In this document: in pieces, positions 9,876-20,305 of the stretch
Layout: each line of letters begins with the position of its first letter
Numbering within the stretch: the stretch's first letter is position 1
Origin: a plasmid
DNA: 64,000 nucleotides
Sequence record: NZ_CP040051.1
Strand: one strand, 5' to 3'
Position numbers and translations under genes: made by a program
Notes under the pieces: generated by a model
Told to the model about the DNA's origin: nothing
The model's input: the letters and a program-made list of their open reading frames with translations, nothing else
Databases searched by the model: none

Positions 9876-11003
9876 ATGAAATATAAATATTTATGTGTAG
9901 TTGCTGCCCTCCCCTTCTTGGGTCTTAGTTTTAAGGCATGGGCTGCGGCAGATGTATTGTATGGAAGTGTTGCACCTACCTTCCATCAAAACGTTCAAAC
10001 ACTTAATAGTAAGATGGTTTCAGAATTCGCTTCTACTCAAGCAAATTTGTTGAATGCAATTCAAGAAAATACTCGTCAATTGCAGAGTGCACTTAGTGTT
10101 TCTATTGCTCAATCAAGTGCTGGAACAACACAAGTAATTGATGCACGTAAACGAGCTGGACAAGCTCTAGCAACTGCTTATCAAGCAATTGAAATGCAAG
10201 ATAAAGTGATTGATACGGTATTGAACTATGGATCTACTGGACAAGGTTACAATACATGTAAAGTACTAGTTAGTAACGCAACACTGAGTAAAGGTAAAGA
10301 AGTTTCGAGACAAACTGCTGCCAAAATGGTGAATGAAACTAGTACTGGTACTGGTCGTGTAGTACATGATTTAAACCAAGTTCAAAAAGAAACGGTTCAA
10401 AAGCACCGTGAGTTATTTTGTACCCAAGCTGAGGCAAGTCTAGGATTATGTACGGTAAGTAAGCTGGCTGGTGGAGATACTAATGCGGCTTTACTTTTCC
10501 AACCTGCTAAGCCTAATTCATTAGAGGCTGAAGCGAGACGTACATTAAGAGGAAATATCTTAGGTTCACCAGATGTCGCTTTAAATGCTGTTAATGGTAT
10601 GACACCTAGAGGTCAACAATATTTATTTGCTTTAAACCGTAAAACAGCTTTACAAGCCTTCCCTGCTTATTCATTGGCTGCTATTGATGCAGCAAACTTA
10701 CAAACAATCAAGAATGAAGCTGGTGAACTGCGATCACCTAATCAGATGATTGATGAGACTATTGGCCGTTATTACGGTACTGACGAAGCCAAAAAGTTTC
10801 AGGCAACAATGATGAACCAGTCAGCTCGTGGATTGCTAGTTGAGTTGGCAAGACAGCGTGGTGCGGCTATTTGGTTACTCAATGAGGACTATGAACGTGG
10901 TTTACGTCTTGAAGGTAATTTAGCCTCACTTCTCTTAATTAGTGCTGAAGAATCAAAGTCGAAAATGCGTGATTCTTATCGCACAATGGCTGGCCGGAGC
11001 TAA
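9876..11003 (+). CDS. secreted Cys-containing protein, paralog 2 of 3
   Basis: Signal peptide 'MKYKYLCVVAALPFLGLSFKAWAA'. Motifs 'GQGYNTCKVL' and 'FCTQAEASLGLCTV' align with the 11006 ORF. Confidence 0.55.
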   Translation: MKYKYLCVVAALPFLGLSFKAWAAADVLYGSVAPTFHQNVQTLNSKMVSEFASTQANLLNAIQENTRQLQSALSVSIAQSSAGTTQVIDARKRAGQALATAYQAIEMQDKVIDTVLNYGSTGQGYNTCKVLVSNATLSKGKEVSRQTAAKMVNETSTGTGRVVHDLNQVQKETVQKHRELFCTQAEASLGLCTVSKLAGGDTNAALLFQPAKPNSLEAEARRTLRGNILGSPDVALNAVNGMTPRGQQYLFALNRKTALQAFPAYSLAAIDAANLQTIKNEAGELRSPNQMIDETIGRYYGTDEAKKFQATMMNQSARGLLVELARQRGAAIWLLNEDYERGLRLEGNLASLLLISAEESKSKMRDSYRTMAGRS

Positions 11004-11005
11004 TT

Positions 11006-12139
11006 ATGAAAAAGAAAACGACGTTTTTACTATTATCAGTTTTTAGTACTTCTGTAATTGCTGCTTACTGTCCTCCTTTTTCAAATCCATTGATACTCAG
11101 AGATTTTATAAGCGGTTTTCAGCAATTAAATGCGACATTCACGACTGGACTTAATACTTTGGATCAAAGTGTTAGTGCAGCTTTAACTACAGAACGCCAA
11201 TTACTTTTAAATGCAATTGCTTTGAAGACAACACAAGAAGCAATGAATGCTTCCTCAATTGCTCATGCGGACCAAGAAATTGCAAAGGCGACTGCTAATG
11301 CTATTGGCGCTGTTAAACAATCAGAGCGTTTAAAAGAAACAGCTATTGATTTTGGAGCTGCTGGACAAGGCTATAACCCATGTAAGGTTCTAAATGAACG
11401 TAGAACAATTACTGAAACTCAAGTAAGGGATAAAGAAAATAGACCAGATTTAATTTTTAAGGAAATTTCAGCGGGAACGGGAAAATATGCAAATCCTGTA
11501 GTTGCTCAAGAACAAACACTTAAGCTTCATCACGATTATTTTTGTACATCAGAACAAGTATCAGCCGGCTTATGTATGAGCGTAGGTGAAATGTCTGGTG
11601 CAAATTTGCAAGCCTCTACTTTATTTGAGTATTCATCAGCGAATGATAAGTATGCTATTGCAAAAACTAGCTTCATTAACAATATGGTTGGTTTGCCGGA
11701 TGCACCCTTATCTGCTAATGCAGCCAAAACGCCTCGTGGTAAAGAATACATGAGACAGAAAGTTGAAAATGATGCAGTTATTTCACCAGCTATTAATAGT
11801 TTAATGGCAATCAAATCTGAATTTACTGAAAACCCTAATGGTGGTGAGTTTGGTCAACCTGTTAAACCATTGCGACAACAATATCGGGAACAAGTAGACC
11901 GTTATCTTGGTCATGGTGAAGAATATAAGAATTGGAATAGAACATTAGTTGCTGCACCTGAGCGTGGGGTACTTGTAGAGATTCTTAAAGAAGGTGCATT
12001 AGAGCTTGCAATCATGGGAAATAAACATGCTCAAAACGAACGTATTGAAGCAAATTTAGCTTCTTTAGTTGCATTAGAAAATAAAAAGGCAAACTCGCTT
12101 AATAAATCTAATATAGCTGGTTCTGCTAAAGCTAAATAA
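11006..12139 (+). CDS. secreted Cys-containing protein, paralog 3 of 3
   Basis: Signal peptide 'MKKKTTFLLLSVFSTSVIAA'. Motifs 'GQGYNPCKVL' and 'FCTSEQVSAGLCMSV'. Start overlaps the stop of the previous gene. Confidence 0.55.
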   Translation: MKKKTTFLLLSVFSTSVIAAYCPPFSNPLILRDFISGFQQLNATFTTGLNTLDQSVSAALTTERQLLLNAIALKTTQEAMNASSIAHADQEIAKATANAIGAVKQSERLKETAIDFGAAGQGYNPCKVLNERRTITETQVRDKENRPDLIFKEISAGTGKYANPVVAQEQTLKLHHDYFCTSEQVSAGLCMSVGEMSGANLQASTLFEYSSANDKYAIAKTSFINNMVGLPDAPLSANAAKTPRGKEYMRQKVENDAVISPAINSLMAIKSEFTENPNGGEFGQPVKPLRQQYREQVDRYLGHGEEYKNWNRTLVAAPERGVLVEILKEGALELAIMGNKHAQNERIEANLASLVALENKKANSLNKSNIAGSAKAK

Positions 12140-12144
12140 TACAT

Positions 12145-12242
12145 AGTTTTCATAAATGAAAACTTTTAGTTTGAACTATTCTTGCTAGAAGTTTTCATAA
12201 ATGAAAACTTTTTTATTGGGTAAGTTTTCATAAATGAAAACT
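12145..12242. promoter_or_regulatory. array of three identical 20-bp near-palindromic operator sites upstream of the 12263 operon
   Basis: Exact copies of AGTTTTCATAAATGAAAACT at 12145..12164, 12190..12209 and 12223..12242. Each has 9-bp inverted arms around an AA centre. The array lies 20-118 bp upstream of the ATG at 12263. Confidence 0.6.
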
Positions 12243-12262
12243 AATCTAAAAGTGGTGATGAT

Positions 12263-15200
12263 ATGAAATGGTTGAATTTATCAGAATTCGGACTGCATCT
12301 AGGGTTTCGAAAAGCAACAAGCTTTAGAGATAAAGTTGCCGTACTGACTGTCAATGATTTAAATACTTTATCACGGTTCATTCATTTAGTTGATTTAAGT
12401 GAAAAACTACAAGCAATAGGATTTAACCGTGTCAATTCAGATGACGGGAATGCAAAGTTTGTAAAAGCTGATAATTCAATCAATCCAAAACAATTAGCTT
12501 CAATATTGCCAATCACAAATAAACATTTACAAGAAATGCCGGAGAATGATGCTAGAGCGAAATTTCATGTAGATAAGCAAGCATGGATAGATTTGACTGC
12601 AAAACTAGCTCAACAAGGTTCAGTTTGGAAACTAGATGAAAATTATTACAATGAAGCAGGTATACACTGGAAAAATAAAATTAGTGAAAACTACCTAGAT
12701 CTATCTACAAAGCAAGATGAAAGATACATAAATTTAGCTTTTGAAAGCCCTTTACCAGTAAATTTGTTAGAAACTTATAAATATGATTCAAGAGCATTGG
12801 GTGTACTAACTACTAATAAGGAAATACTGATAAGAAAAGGCGTGCCAGAAGAGGCTTTTACAGAAGTACAATTAAACTTTATGTTGCCATTATTATCATT
12901 AGAAGATGAAGTTCATATAGTTCTAAATGATATCCGTGAAGTACCAGAAATATTAGAGTTGCATCCAGATATATGGCGTCAATCGATCAATAGTTTTGAA
13001 TCCTTTTTAACAAGATCAAAATTATTAGAAAAAATAAATAATCTTTTGATAAATGATGAATTCTTGGACAAATCAAATGAAATTGTAAATGATATAAAAG
13101 TGTTTTATGACACGTATAACAAATGCTTACTAAGTAAAGAAGAATTTTCAAATGATGATGATTTAACAAATCACCGTATTCAGTTGTTGAAAAACCAAAT
13201 TATAAAGCTCGATAAATTTGGTGTGATTAATGAAAATTTATTACCAAAGCTTGATAACATCTATGACTCTTCAATTGAAGAAACTGTACTAGAACCTGAA
13301 AAGGAAAATAAGTCCCTTAATGAAAGAATTGAGGACTATGGAGAATATGTTTTCGGAGCTAGAAAACATTTTTATCAGAAATCTAAAAATGCACTTTTCG
13401 AAGAATTGAATAGTTCAAAAGACCTATCTTTAGATGTTCTCATAGATAAATTCCAAAAACGAAATTTATGGTCATTCAAAAATGAAACCATGAGCCAGAT
13501 TGAAGACAACAATGTGATCTTTTTCTTAGCTCAATCAGTCTACAACATGATTCCTTCTAAAATCTCTTTCTCCAAAGATGAGAGAAAAGACTCTGAAGAA
13601 TGCATTGATAAGTTAAAAAGCTATATGTATTCAGTTAACCATTTTAAAGAAATGGTCCATACGGCTATAGAATTAGACAAAAATGAAAGAATGCCTATAG
13701 CTAATTTTGTCAATCAAATGGTTAACTATAGAAACGTCTTAAGAGGTTATGCTCAGGATCCTCAGCAATTCTTATTTGATGAATTAGATGAGGACCGTTT
13801 ATTAGCAGATAGGATATATAAGGTTGTAAAAGGTACGACTCTTAGAGGAAGTCCTTTATTTCAAATTATGAATAATTTGGATACTGTCAAAACACAGTAT
13901 TGCAAAATGATGTTTAATGAAGTCTATCCAGAAACTAAAGAAGTCTCATATGATCAATTTCAAGACTATGTTGAGTCCGGCGGTCACATATATGATGGTA
14001 GTGCAATAAAACAATTTATAGACGCAGCTAATGGTAAGTTAGATTACACATATCTTTCGCGCCAATTTGAGCGTTTAGAAGATAGCTTGGGTCAGGAATT
14101 ATTCCTAAACATGATTGTTACAGGAAATAAGCCATTTTCAGATGCTTTATTTAAAAATGTTGAAAAGATTTTAGAAAGCGATAAAAGCATTAAAACACCT
14201 TTAGATTTCGAAAAAGATGATTCTAAACTTAATTATCTACTTTCTTTATATCGTTTTAAATTCGATTCAAAGTATTCAATTCCTGATATCTATATCAAAG
14301 ATGAAAACCAACATACTCAAGTTATCACTGACTTGAGTTCAACTGATAAATTTGATGGCTTAGTTAGAAAGATATTAAAAGACCAAGAGCCTAATCGACT
14401 TGATTTACGCTATCCATCAATTGTATCTGGTCTTGCACATGAGACATCAAAAAATTTTCGGCATGGTGAAAATGTAAATCCAGAACAATTTAGTAATGTA
14501 TTTGGATTTCGAGCAATACAGTTTGGAAACTGGGTGACACAACAAGAAAGACAGCATTTATTGAATATCACATTTGATGGTCTAAGTGAGCTAAGAGATG
14601 CTCTCGGATTTGATTCAAAGAATATTTCTTTAAATGGTACTTTAGCTATCGCTTTCGGTGCGCGGGGGCAAGCTGGACGAAATGCAGCATCAGCTCACTA
14701 TGAATATGCTAGCAAAATTTTTAACCTAACCAAACAAAATGGAGCAGGTTGTTTAGCACATGAGTGGTTCCACGGGCTTGATGCATATATGGCCCAACTA
14801 GTAAGAAAAGATGTAGAGAAATTGATTTATAAAAGTGGAAATTTTGAATCTGTAGAAAACAACTATTTTTTAACACATTTAATGTCAGACGTTGACTATA
14901 AAACATGTAAAACAGTTATAGATAACAATCCATTATTGAAAAGTGTTTATGAGCTTCAATTAAAACTGAATGGAAAAATGCATAGAGATGAAATTTTTAG
15001 TGAAAATGGAAAAGAGTTAATAGTAAATCGTATACATGAGCTAGTTGATAGCAATTTAAAAAAAGTAAATGTATTAATGGATGCAATTTCAAAGTCTTTG
15101 GAAAAGCAAGGTCTTAGTAGAGTAGCATCATTGTTAGATGGAGTGACAACAAACCATGTAGACAATGTAAAAAAATTAAAAAATCAAGAATTAACGAAGA

Positions 15201-15997
15201 ATATTAAGAATTACTTGGTAGATAATGATCTGCATATAAAAAGAGACCAAATGTATAGTGCGGTGAAAACAATCTATAAAGAATTGCAAAATAACAATGC
15301 GCCAGTTGGAAAATATACAATTGCGAATCCAATTACCCGTGAATTCAATTCATTGGTTCGTGGTTCACAAGTCAATGATGATCTTGCGAAATCAGAGAAG
15401 GAAATATTGAAACATCTAAGATCACATAAGATTATTAAAGAAATGGAAAAGTTACTTCATGAATCAGTATTCTATTTAGTACAAAGACAAACATTACCTT
15501 TGTTTATAGATCAAGTGAATTCTATAGGTGGAAATAAAATAAGCATTCTAAAAGGGGTTGCGCTAGATCACTACCAGTCTTATATGGAAAAATCATTTCA
15601 GACAGGGAAGGGGGTAGCAAATAAACTTGATTTAGACCTTGTCTTTAATAATAACAATTTTGCAAGCCAGTCAAAATTACTGGATAAAGACAAGAAGCAA
15701 TATTTTTCATTAGTTGCAGAAAGGTTCGCACGATGTGGAGAAGCGCTGGTAACAGATTTACTTGCTGAAAAAAGCGTACAAGTAGATTACTTAGTAACTT
15801 GCATGGAGGATCCACAAACAGTAGGGCAACGAGCTGGTATCACTCCATCTGGTAATGACCGAACTGAAATTTTAAAAGCTTTTAAATCAGTGATTGAAGC
15901 TTGCCGTAGTTATGCTTTTAATCTGGATAAAGATATCAAAGAGGAAAATGAAGTTAATCAAAAATTGTCTACTACACTGTCATTTGGAGCTAATTGA
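12263..15997 (+). CDS. large (1244 aa) protein with a zincin-like HExxH metallopeptidase-type domain
   Basis: 'LAHEWFHGLDAYM' (HExxH) is embedded in an approximately 120-aa block ('FGNWVTQQERQ...IAFGARGQ...') that is clearly homologous to ORF 27438..29096. No Walker motif is present. Confidence 0.5.
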   Translation: MKWLNLSEFGLHLGFRKATSFRDKVAVLTVNDLNTLSRFIHLVDLSEKLQAIGFNRVNSDDGNAKFVKADNSINPKQLASILPITNKHLQEMPENDARAKFHVDKQAWIDLTAKLAQQGSVWKLDENYYNEAGIHWKNKISENYLDLSTKQDERYINLAFESPLPVNLLETYKYDSRALGVLTTNKEILIRKGVPEEAFTEVQLNFMLPLLSLEDEVHIVLNDIREVPEILELHPDIWRQSINSFESFLTRSKLLEKINNLLINDEFLDKSNEIVNDIKVFYDTYNKCLLSKEEFSNDDDLTNHRIQLLKNQIIKLDKFGVINENLLPKLDNIYDSSIEETVLEPEKENKSLNERIEDYGEYVFGARKHFYQKSKNALFEELNSSKDLSLDVLIDKFQKRNLWSFKNETMSQIEDNNVIFFLAQSVYNMIPSKISFSKDERKDSEECIDKLKSYMYSVNHFKEMVHTAIELDKNERMPIANFVNQMVNYRNVLRGYAQDPQQFLFDELDEDRLLADRIYKVVKGTTLRGSPLFQIMNNLDTVKTQYCKMMFNEVYPETKEVSYDQFQDYVESGGHIYDGSAIKQFIDAANGKLDYTYLSRQFERLEDSLGQELFLNMIVTGNKPFSDALFKNVEKILESDKSIKTPLDFEKDDSKLNYLLSLYRFKFDSKYSIPDIYIKDENQHTQVITDLSSTDKFDGLVRKILKDQEPNRLDLRYPSIVSGLAHETSKNFRHGENVNPEQFSNVFGFRAIQFGNWVTQQERQHLLNITFDGLSELRDALGFDSKNISLNGTLAIAFGARGQAGRNAASAHYEYASKIFNLTKQNGAGCLAHEWFHGLDAYMAQLVRKDVEKLIYKSGNFESVENNYFLTHLMSDVDYKTCKTVIDNNPLLKSVYELQLKLNGKMHRDEIFSENGKELIVNRIHELVDSNLKKVNVLMDAISKSLEKQGLSRVASLLDGVTTNHVDNVKKLKNQELTKNIKNYLVDNDLHIKRDQMYSAVKTIYKELQNNNAPVGKYTIANPITREFNSLVRGSQVNDDLAKSEKEILKHLRSHKIIKEMEKLLHESVFYLVQRQTLPLFIDQVNSIGGNKISILKGVALDHYQSYMEKSFQTGKGVANKLDLDLVFNNNNFASQSKLLDKDKKQYFSLVAERFARCGEALVTDLLAEKSVQVDYLVTCMEDPQTVGQRAGITPSGNDRTEILKAFKSVIEACRSYAFNLDKDIKEENEVNQKLSTTLSFGAN

Positions 15998-16398
15998 TGA
16001 AACTTAACAATACCTTTGTACAATTAAAAATATGCTTATATTCATTTTGCAAAAAAAACGATTTGGATTTTAAGTATATGAACACGAGTCTAGATCACCA
16101 GACTGCTGCTGAGTATATCTATCCGTTAATTTGTCACTTGTGTGAGTCTGAGTTTATTTATTATTTCCATAGAGAAAAGCTGGAGGATTTAGAAGCCCTT
16201 TTTATGTATAGTAAGAATACTACAGGGTCAATTTTTCAACCTTATAAGGTAGAACCTACAAGTTTACTTTCAACCATTTCATTTAGCCTTATTTCTCCTT
16301 TTTTCTTCTTTTGGATGAAGAACTTAATTGAAAATTATGCGTCACAACTTGAGCTAATGTATATACATTTTCCAGACTCATTTATTTTTAAAAATTGA
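15994..16398 (+). CDS. hypothetical protein
   Basis: ORF overlapping the upstream stop by 4 bp (coupled). Confidence 0.3.
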   Translation: MMKLNNTFVQLKICLYSFCKKNDLDFKYMNTSLDHQTAAEYIYPLICHLCESEFIYYFHREKLEDLEALFMYSKNTTGSIFQPYKVEPTSLLSTISFSLISPFFFFWMKNLIENYASQLELMYIHFPDSFIFKN

Positions 16399-16421
16399 CA
16401 GTTTAAAATTTTTAAAATACG

Positions 16422-17105
16422 ATGAATTATAGCTTTTGCGAGAGTTGTACCATGAATGCATCACAAACTATCCAGACTGTACAATTTGGTTTGGATCAAT
16501 ACTCTAAATTAGTAAAAGATCTCAAAGTCTTATCCGGCATTGATGCATTCTATACAGCTAAATGCTTGATAGAATCATTTCCCAATGTAGTTAATGATGA
16601 ATTTTATGGCTATGATTTTTATGCTGATGAAAAGATCTTAGATATTTCAAGCTACATACATATTGATGAAAATAAGTGGTTTAACTTAAATTGTCTAATT
16701 GATTTAGAAGAAAAGATTGTCTCAATAAATTTAGCTTCAGAAATGGAAAATGGTGAGATTTTTCTCTTTCGCACAGATAAAAATTATCAGGTGGCTGTAA
16801 ATTATAATTATTCATTCGAAAATTTCTTCTCACTCCAAAGTAACTTCGAATATAGTCTATTTGATTTAGTTCTTTCATCGATGGGTTTATCTTTACTGCC
16901 GAAAAAAATATTTAACAGCTTTGAGCTGAAGGATATATTCTTGTTCTCAATGTCGATAGTTACTGGCAGATATAAAAACTATATTCCAGATCAGCTACTT
17001 TTTAACTCAATACACAAAAATATTGTTCTAGATTTAAAAAGTGATGAATTAGAATTACCATCACGATTAATTAATTACAGAGATGAGATAGATCTAAAAT
17101 GGTAA
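16422..17105 (+). CDS. hypothetical protein
   Basis: ORF in the same-strand operon; N/I/F-rich. Confidence 0.35.
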   Translation: MNYSFCESCTMNASQTIQTVQFGLDQYSKLVKDLKVLSGIDAFYTAKCLIESFPNVVNDEFYGYDFYADEKILDISSYIHIDENKWFNLNCLIDLEEKIVSINLASEMENGEIFLFRTDKNYQVAVNYNYSFENFFSLQSNFEYSLFDLVLSSMGLSLLPKKIFNSFELKDIFLFSMSIVTGRYKNYIPDQLLFNSIHKNIVLDLKSDELELPSRLINYRDEIDLKW

Positions 17106-17641
17106 TCAGTGATGAAAAAACTTTTTTAAATTATCTAAATTTAAATCAAAGTTCGGGTTTGTCATCGAATGAATACAAACAGCTTCTTGAAATTAAATCA
17201 GTAATAGATAAGAAAAATGATAAAATAAACTATGTTTATACTTCCATTTTAAAAGACAATTTCGTTAAAATTTTAACCCCTTTAAATGATAATGTATTTC
17301 AGGAAGTAAAAAAGCAGAAAAGTGTGATTAAACATATTAGTCTTTTTTTTAATTCTGAGGTGATGAACTCATTATTTATCAATAACCTTATAGATGAGTT
17401 GTTAAAATTTAAATTTGTAGATCTGTTATCAATGACTAATACATTTATGAGTAAAGTATTAGATTCCACAAATACGTCCGGAATAAGATTAAAGATCGAA
17501 TTTAGTTATGAAGGGGAAGAGTATAATTTTTATCTTATAACAATATTACAAACACTTAATTACCTCATCGAAGACAAGAAAGATGTTTCTTCTCTTAAGA
17601 AAATGATTCTTCTACCTGAATTCAAGCTCATAACATATTAA
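17099..17641 (+). CDS. hypothetical protein
   Basis: ORF overlapping the upstream gene by 7 bp. Confidence 0.35.
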   Translation: MVISDEKTFLNYLNLNQSSGLSSNEYKQLLEIKSVIDKKNDKINYVYTSILKDNFVKILTPLNDNVFQEVKKQKSVIKHISLFFNSEVMNSLFINNLIDELLKFKFVDLLSMTNTFMSKVLDSTNTSGIRLKIEFSYEGEEYNFYLITILQTLNYLIEDKKDVSSLKKMILLPEFKLITY

Positions 17642-17735
17642 TATTTAGATTAATTACAAATTTTCTCTAATTTTTTTTTGCTCCTATATTATCTTCTATA
17701 GGCTATATTGTAGAATTAGCAGATAAGCTAAAGAT

Positions 17736-18239
17736 TTGGAATTTATGATGAAAAAATCAATGAGTAAGGCTGATTTTGAAAGAATTAGAGCTCATGACTT
17801 TGTAGTTCTAAAGGGAGTCAACAATAAGCTTATTGTTGGTCAAGTTTCGTTTGATAAAAGTTGTATATTCTTATCTCTAACAAATAACGAACTTAGTCGT
17901 TTAGCTATGATTCCTGAATTAATTTTAGAGAATTTAGGTAGTATCGTTGAACTCATGAAGAAATACAAAGAAGTTTTTTTTCGGTTAAATGATGTTATTG
18001 AAAAGTCCAATTTGCCTGAATTAAATGAGTATAAGAATGATTCACTATTTAAAATTAAAGCTTTATATGCTTTGAGAGAATTATTGGATTCTGCTGAAGT
18101 GAACGAAGATGTAACAACTGAAACATTAGAAATAGCTGTCAAAAAGGCATTAGATGAATGTGTTTATATTCAAGATGTTCAGTTTACACTGTCTTACTAT
18201 ATTTTAAATCGACCTAAGCAAAATACACAAATGATGTAG
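17736..18239 (+). CDS. hypothetical protein
   Basis: ORF with no recognisable motif. Confidence 0.35.
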   Translation: MEFMMKKSMSKADFERIRAHDFVVLKGVNNKLIVGQVSFDKSCIFLSLTNNELSRLAMIPELILENLGSIVELMKKYKEVFFRLNDVIEKSNLPELNEYKNDSLFKIKALYALRELLDSAEVNEDVTTETLEIAVKKALDECVYIQDVQFTLSYYILNRPKQNTQMM

Positions 18240-18260
18240 TTTTCAATATAAGCGAGTAGG

Positions 18261-19763
18261 GTGGCAAGAATGCGTATATTCAAATATGAGCTCGAAGATG
18301 CTCTACAATCGCTTGATAATAGTGTTAGTTATGCAGGTTTTATTAATAAATTATTTCCAACGTTTATATCTAAAGATGTTGATAACATCAATACCATTAC
18401 CATAAACATTCTTCTGAAGAAAATTCAAGATTTATTATCTTCTGGTTATTACTCCGTATTTATTAATTATAAAAACTATATGACCAATGGCGAGAGGGTA
18501 TGGGGTATACATCATTTTTGTATGTGTATTTACTTACATGAAAATTTTGAACCATTTGGTACTTATTCATGGGATGCATCTTCACATCCTCAAATGATAT
18601 TAGATTTTTGGTCCTTTACATCTTCAAATAAATACGAATTACATGAAGTGGGTTTAACTTATAATCAAGTTAACAATTCAGATCATACAGAAAGGATGAA
18701 CATCGATATTGAAATGGCTTGGGAAGAATTAGTTATATTAAATCCAACTTTTAATTTTCCTTTCTTTAGGAACTTTTTTTACTTAAGTTGTTTATCAATT
18801 TTTAATATTTCGGAGTACCAAAAGTTTGGCAAGTTGCTTTCATTAAATTATAGCATTGATCATTTACTTGACCAGTTGAGACATAATTTATTTAATTTTT
18901 TAGACTTACTTGATGACTATATGCTTAATATAGATTTAAGTGAGTCAACATACTCTTTTACTGATAGCACTAGTTTTACAATGTTTGCTGAAGTAAGTGA
19001 ACAGGACTTACTCAATTATGACTTCTCGTTTGTTTCTGACAGTTCTAGTTCTGAAGATTCTACAGCTCAACAGAGCCAAACATTTTCTACATCAGATACA
19101 CATTCGGCTCCTTCACGTGTAGACAGCTCTTATCTATCTTTTCTTTCAAAGCAAGATATTCACGAAGAGATCACTTCTAACTATGTTCGTGAGCTTATAA
19201 AACAGTTCTTTTATAATTATTCTAAAGTCAGCTTTTCTATTCATAATACGTCGATACCAAGTGGATTCGTCGCTGATTTTCTTGATTACTTAAACCGATC
19301 ACTAGAGCAAATATTTATTAAGGTTGAAAGTTTAAAAGTCAATTATTTGAAGCTTCAATTTATTTACCAGACTTCTCATACTTTATCGAGTATGTATTTT
19401 TATAAGTATATAGTTGATAACTATACTTCTATTTTTATCAATATTTCTGTACCGGAAAGCCTAAAAAAAGAAGTTTTAGTTAAGGTGAGATCTTTATCAA
19501 TTTTTATTAAAAATAAGATTAATAAATTAAATGATGTTCTCGTTCATGATCCACTTTTCATAAATGTTTACTCTTTAGTCTTTTTTTACCTAGATAGTTT
19601 TTCACAATCTTTAAACTATATTCGATGTTCTGGAGGGGAGCTAGACAAAGATAGATTAGATTTAATATATAATAATGAATTGGAGTATATCGATGCTTTG
19701 GATTTTAACTTTTTTCAATACTTGGCGCGAAGATTACCACGCCAAGTATATAGATTGCCTTAA
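18261..19763 (+). CDS. hypothetical 500-aa protein
   Basis: Long ORF; S/D-rich central low-complexity segment. Confidence 0.4.
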   Translation: MARMRIFKYELEDALQSLDNSVSYAGFINKLFPTFISKDVDNINTITINILLKKIQDLLSSGYYSVFINYKNYMTNGERVWGIHHFCMCIYLHENFEPFGTYSWDASSHPQMILDFWSFTSSNKYELHEVGLTYNQVNNSDHTERMNIDIEMAWEELVILNPTFNFPFFRNFFYLSCLSIFNISEYQKFGKLLSLNYSIDHLLDQLRHNLFNFLDLLDDYMLNIDLSESTYSFTDSTSFTMFAEVSEQDLLNYDFSFVSDSSSSEDSTAQQSQTFSTSDTHSAPSRVDSSYLSFLSKQDIHEEITSNYVRELIKQFFYNYSKVSFSIHNTSIPSGFVADFLDYLNRSLEQIFIKVESLKVNYLKLQFIYQTSHTLSSMYFYKYIVDNYTSIFINISVPESLKKEVLVKVRSLSIFIKNKINKLNDVLVHDPLFINVYSLVFFYLDSFSQSLNYIRCSGGELDKDRLDLIYNNELEYIDALDFNFFQYLARRLPRQVYRLP

Positions 19764-19766
19764 TAT

Positions 19767-20303
19767 TTAAAAGAAATTATTTAAATCAATTTCATTCGTT
19801 TTGTTGTTACTTTCATTTTTCTGCTGGTTAAACTCCTGCATAGATTCTGCCGATCTTTGTTTGATTTCCTCAATGATCTGCTTTTGAATGTCACTCTGAG
19901 GTTGGGTAACTGTATTCATGGCCAGTGTAGAAGGGGAAGGTTGTTTTGGATCTGTAAATCCATACTCAGGCATAGACATCTTGCGAATAAGTTCTTCAGC
20001 TTTTTGAGGAAAACTGCTAGTAAAGAAGTTATTTGCTAGTTCACTAAGTACTTCTTTATTTAATTTCGGTTCACTGATAATTACTTGCTGAATATTATCT
20101 ATTCCAAGTCTATTAAAAATATTGCTTAAAGCTCTTCGTTGGTTATTAATTTCAGGAATTTCAAGCTTTACACTTTTGTGTAATGTATTTAATAAAGGAC
20201 TTTGATTTAATATTCCCGTTAAGGGAATGATCTTTGAACACTCAATTGAATTTTCACTTTTCATGGCGATCCTCATTTTTTTATCATGCTGTCCAGCAGT
20301 CAT
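19767..20303 (-). CDS. hypothetical protein
   Basis: ORF convergent with the upstream operon. Confidence 0.35.
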   Translation of the reverse strand: MTAGQHDKKMRIAMKSENSIECSKIIPLTGILNQSPLLNTLHKSVKLEIPEINNQRRALSNIFNRLGIDNIQQVIISEPKLNKEVLSELANNFFTSSFPQKAEELIRKMSMPEYGFTDPKQPSPSTLAMNTVTQPQSDIQKQIIEEIKQRSAESMQEFNQQKNESNNKTNEIDLNNFF

Positions 20304-20305
20304 GA

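Noticed and set aside
19555-19566. The half-site 'TTTTCATAAATG' inside ORF 18261..19763.
   Set aside because: Only one arm of the operator palindrome is present, and a match of that length is expected by chance in AT-rich coding DNA.
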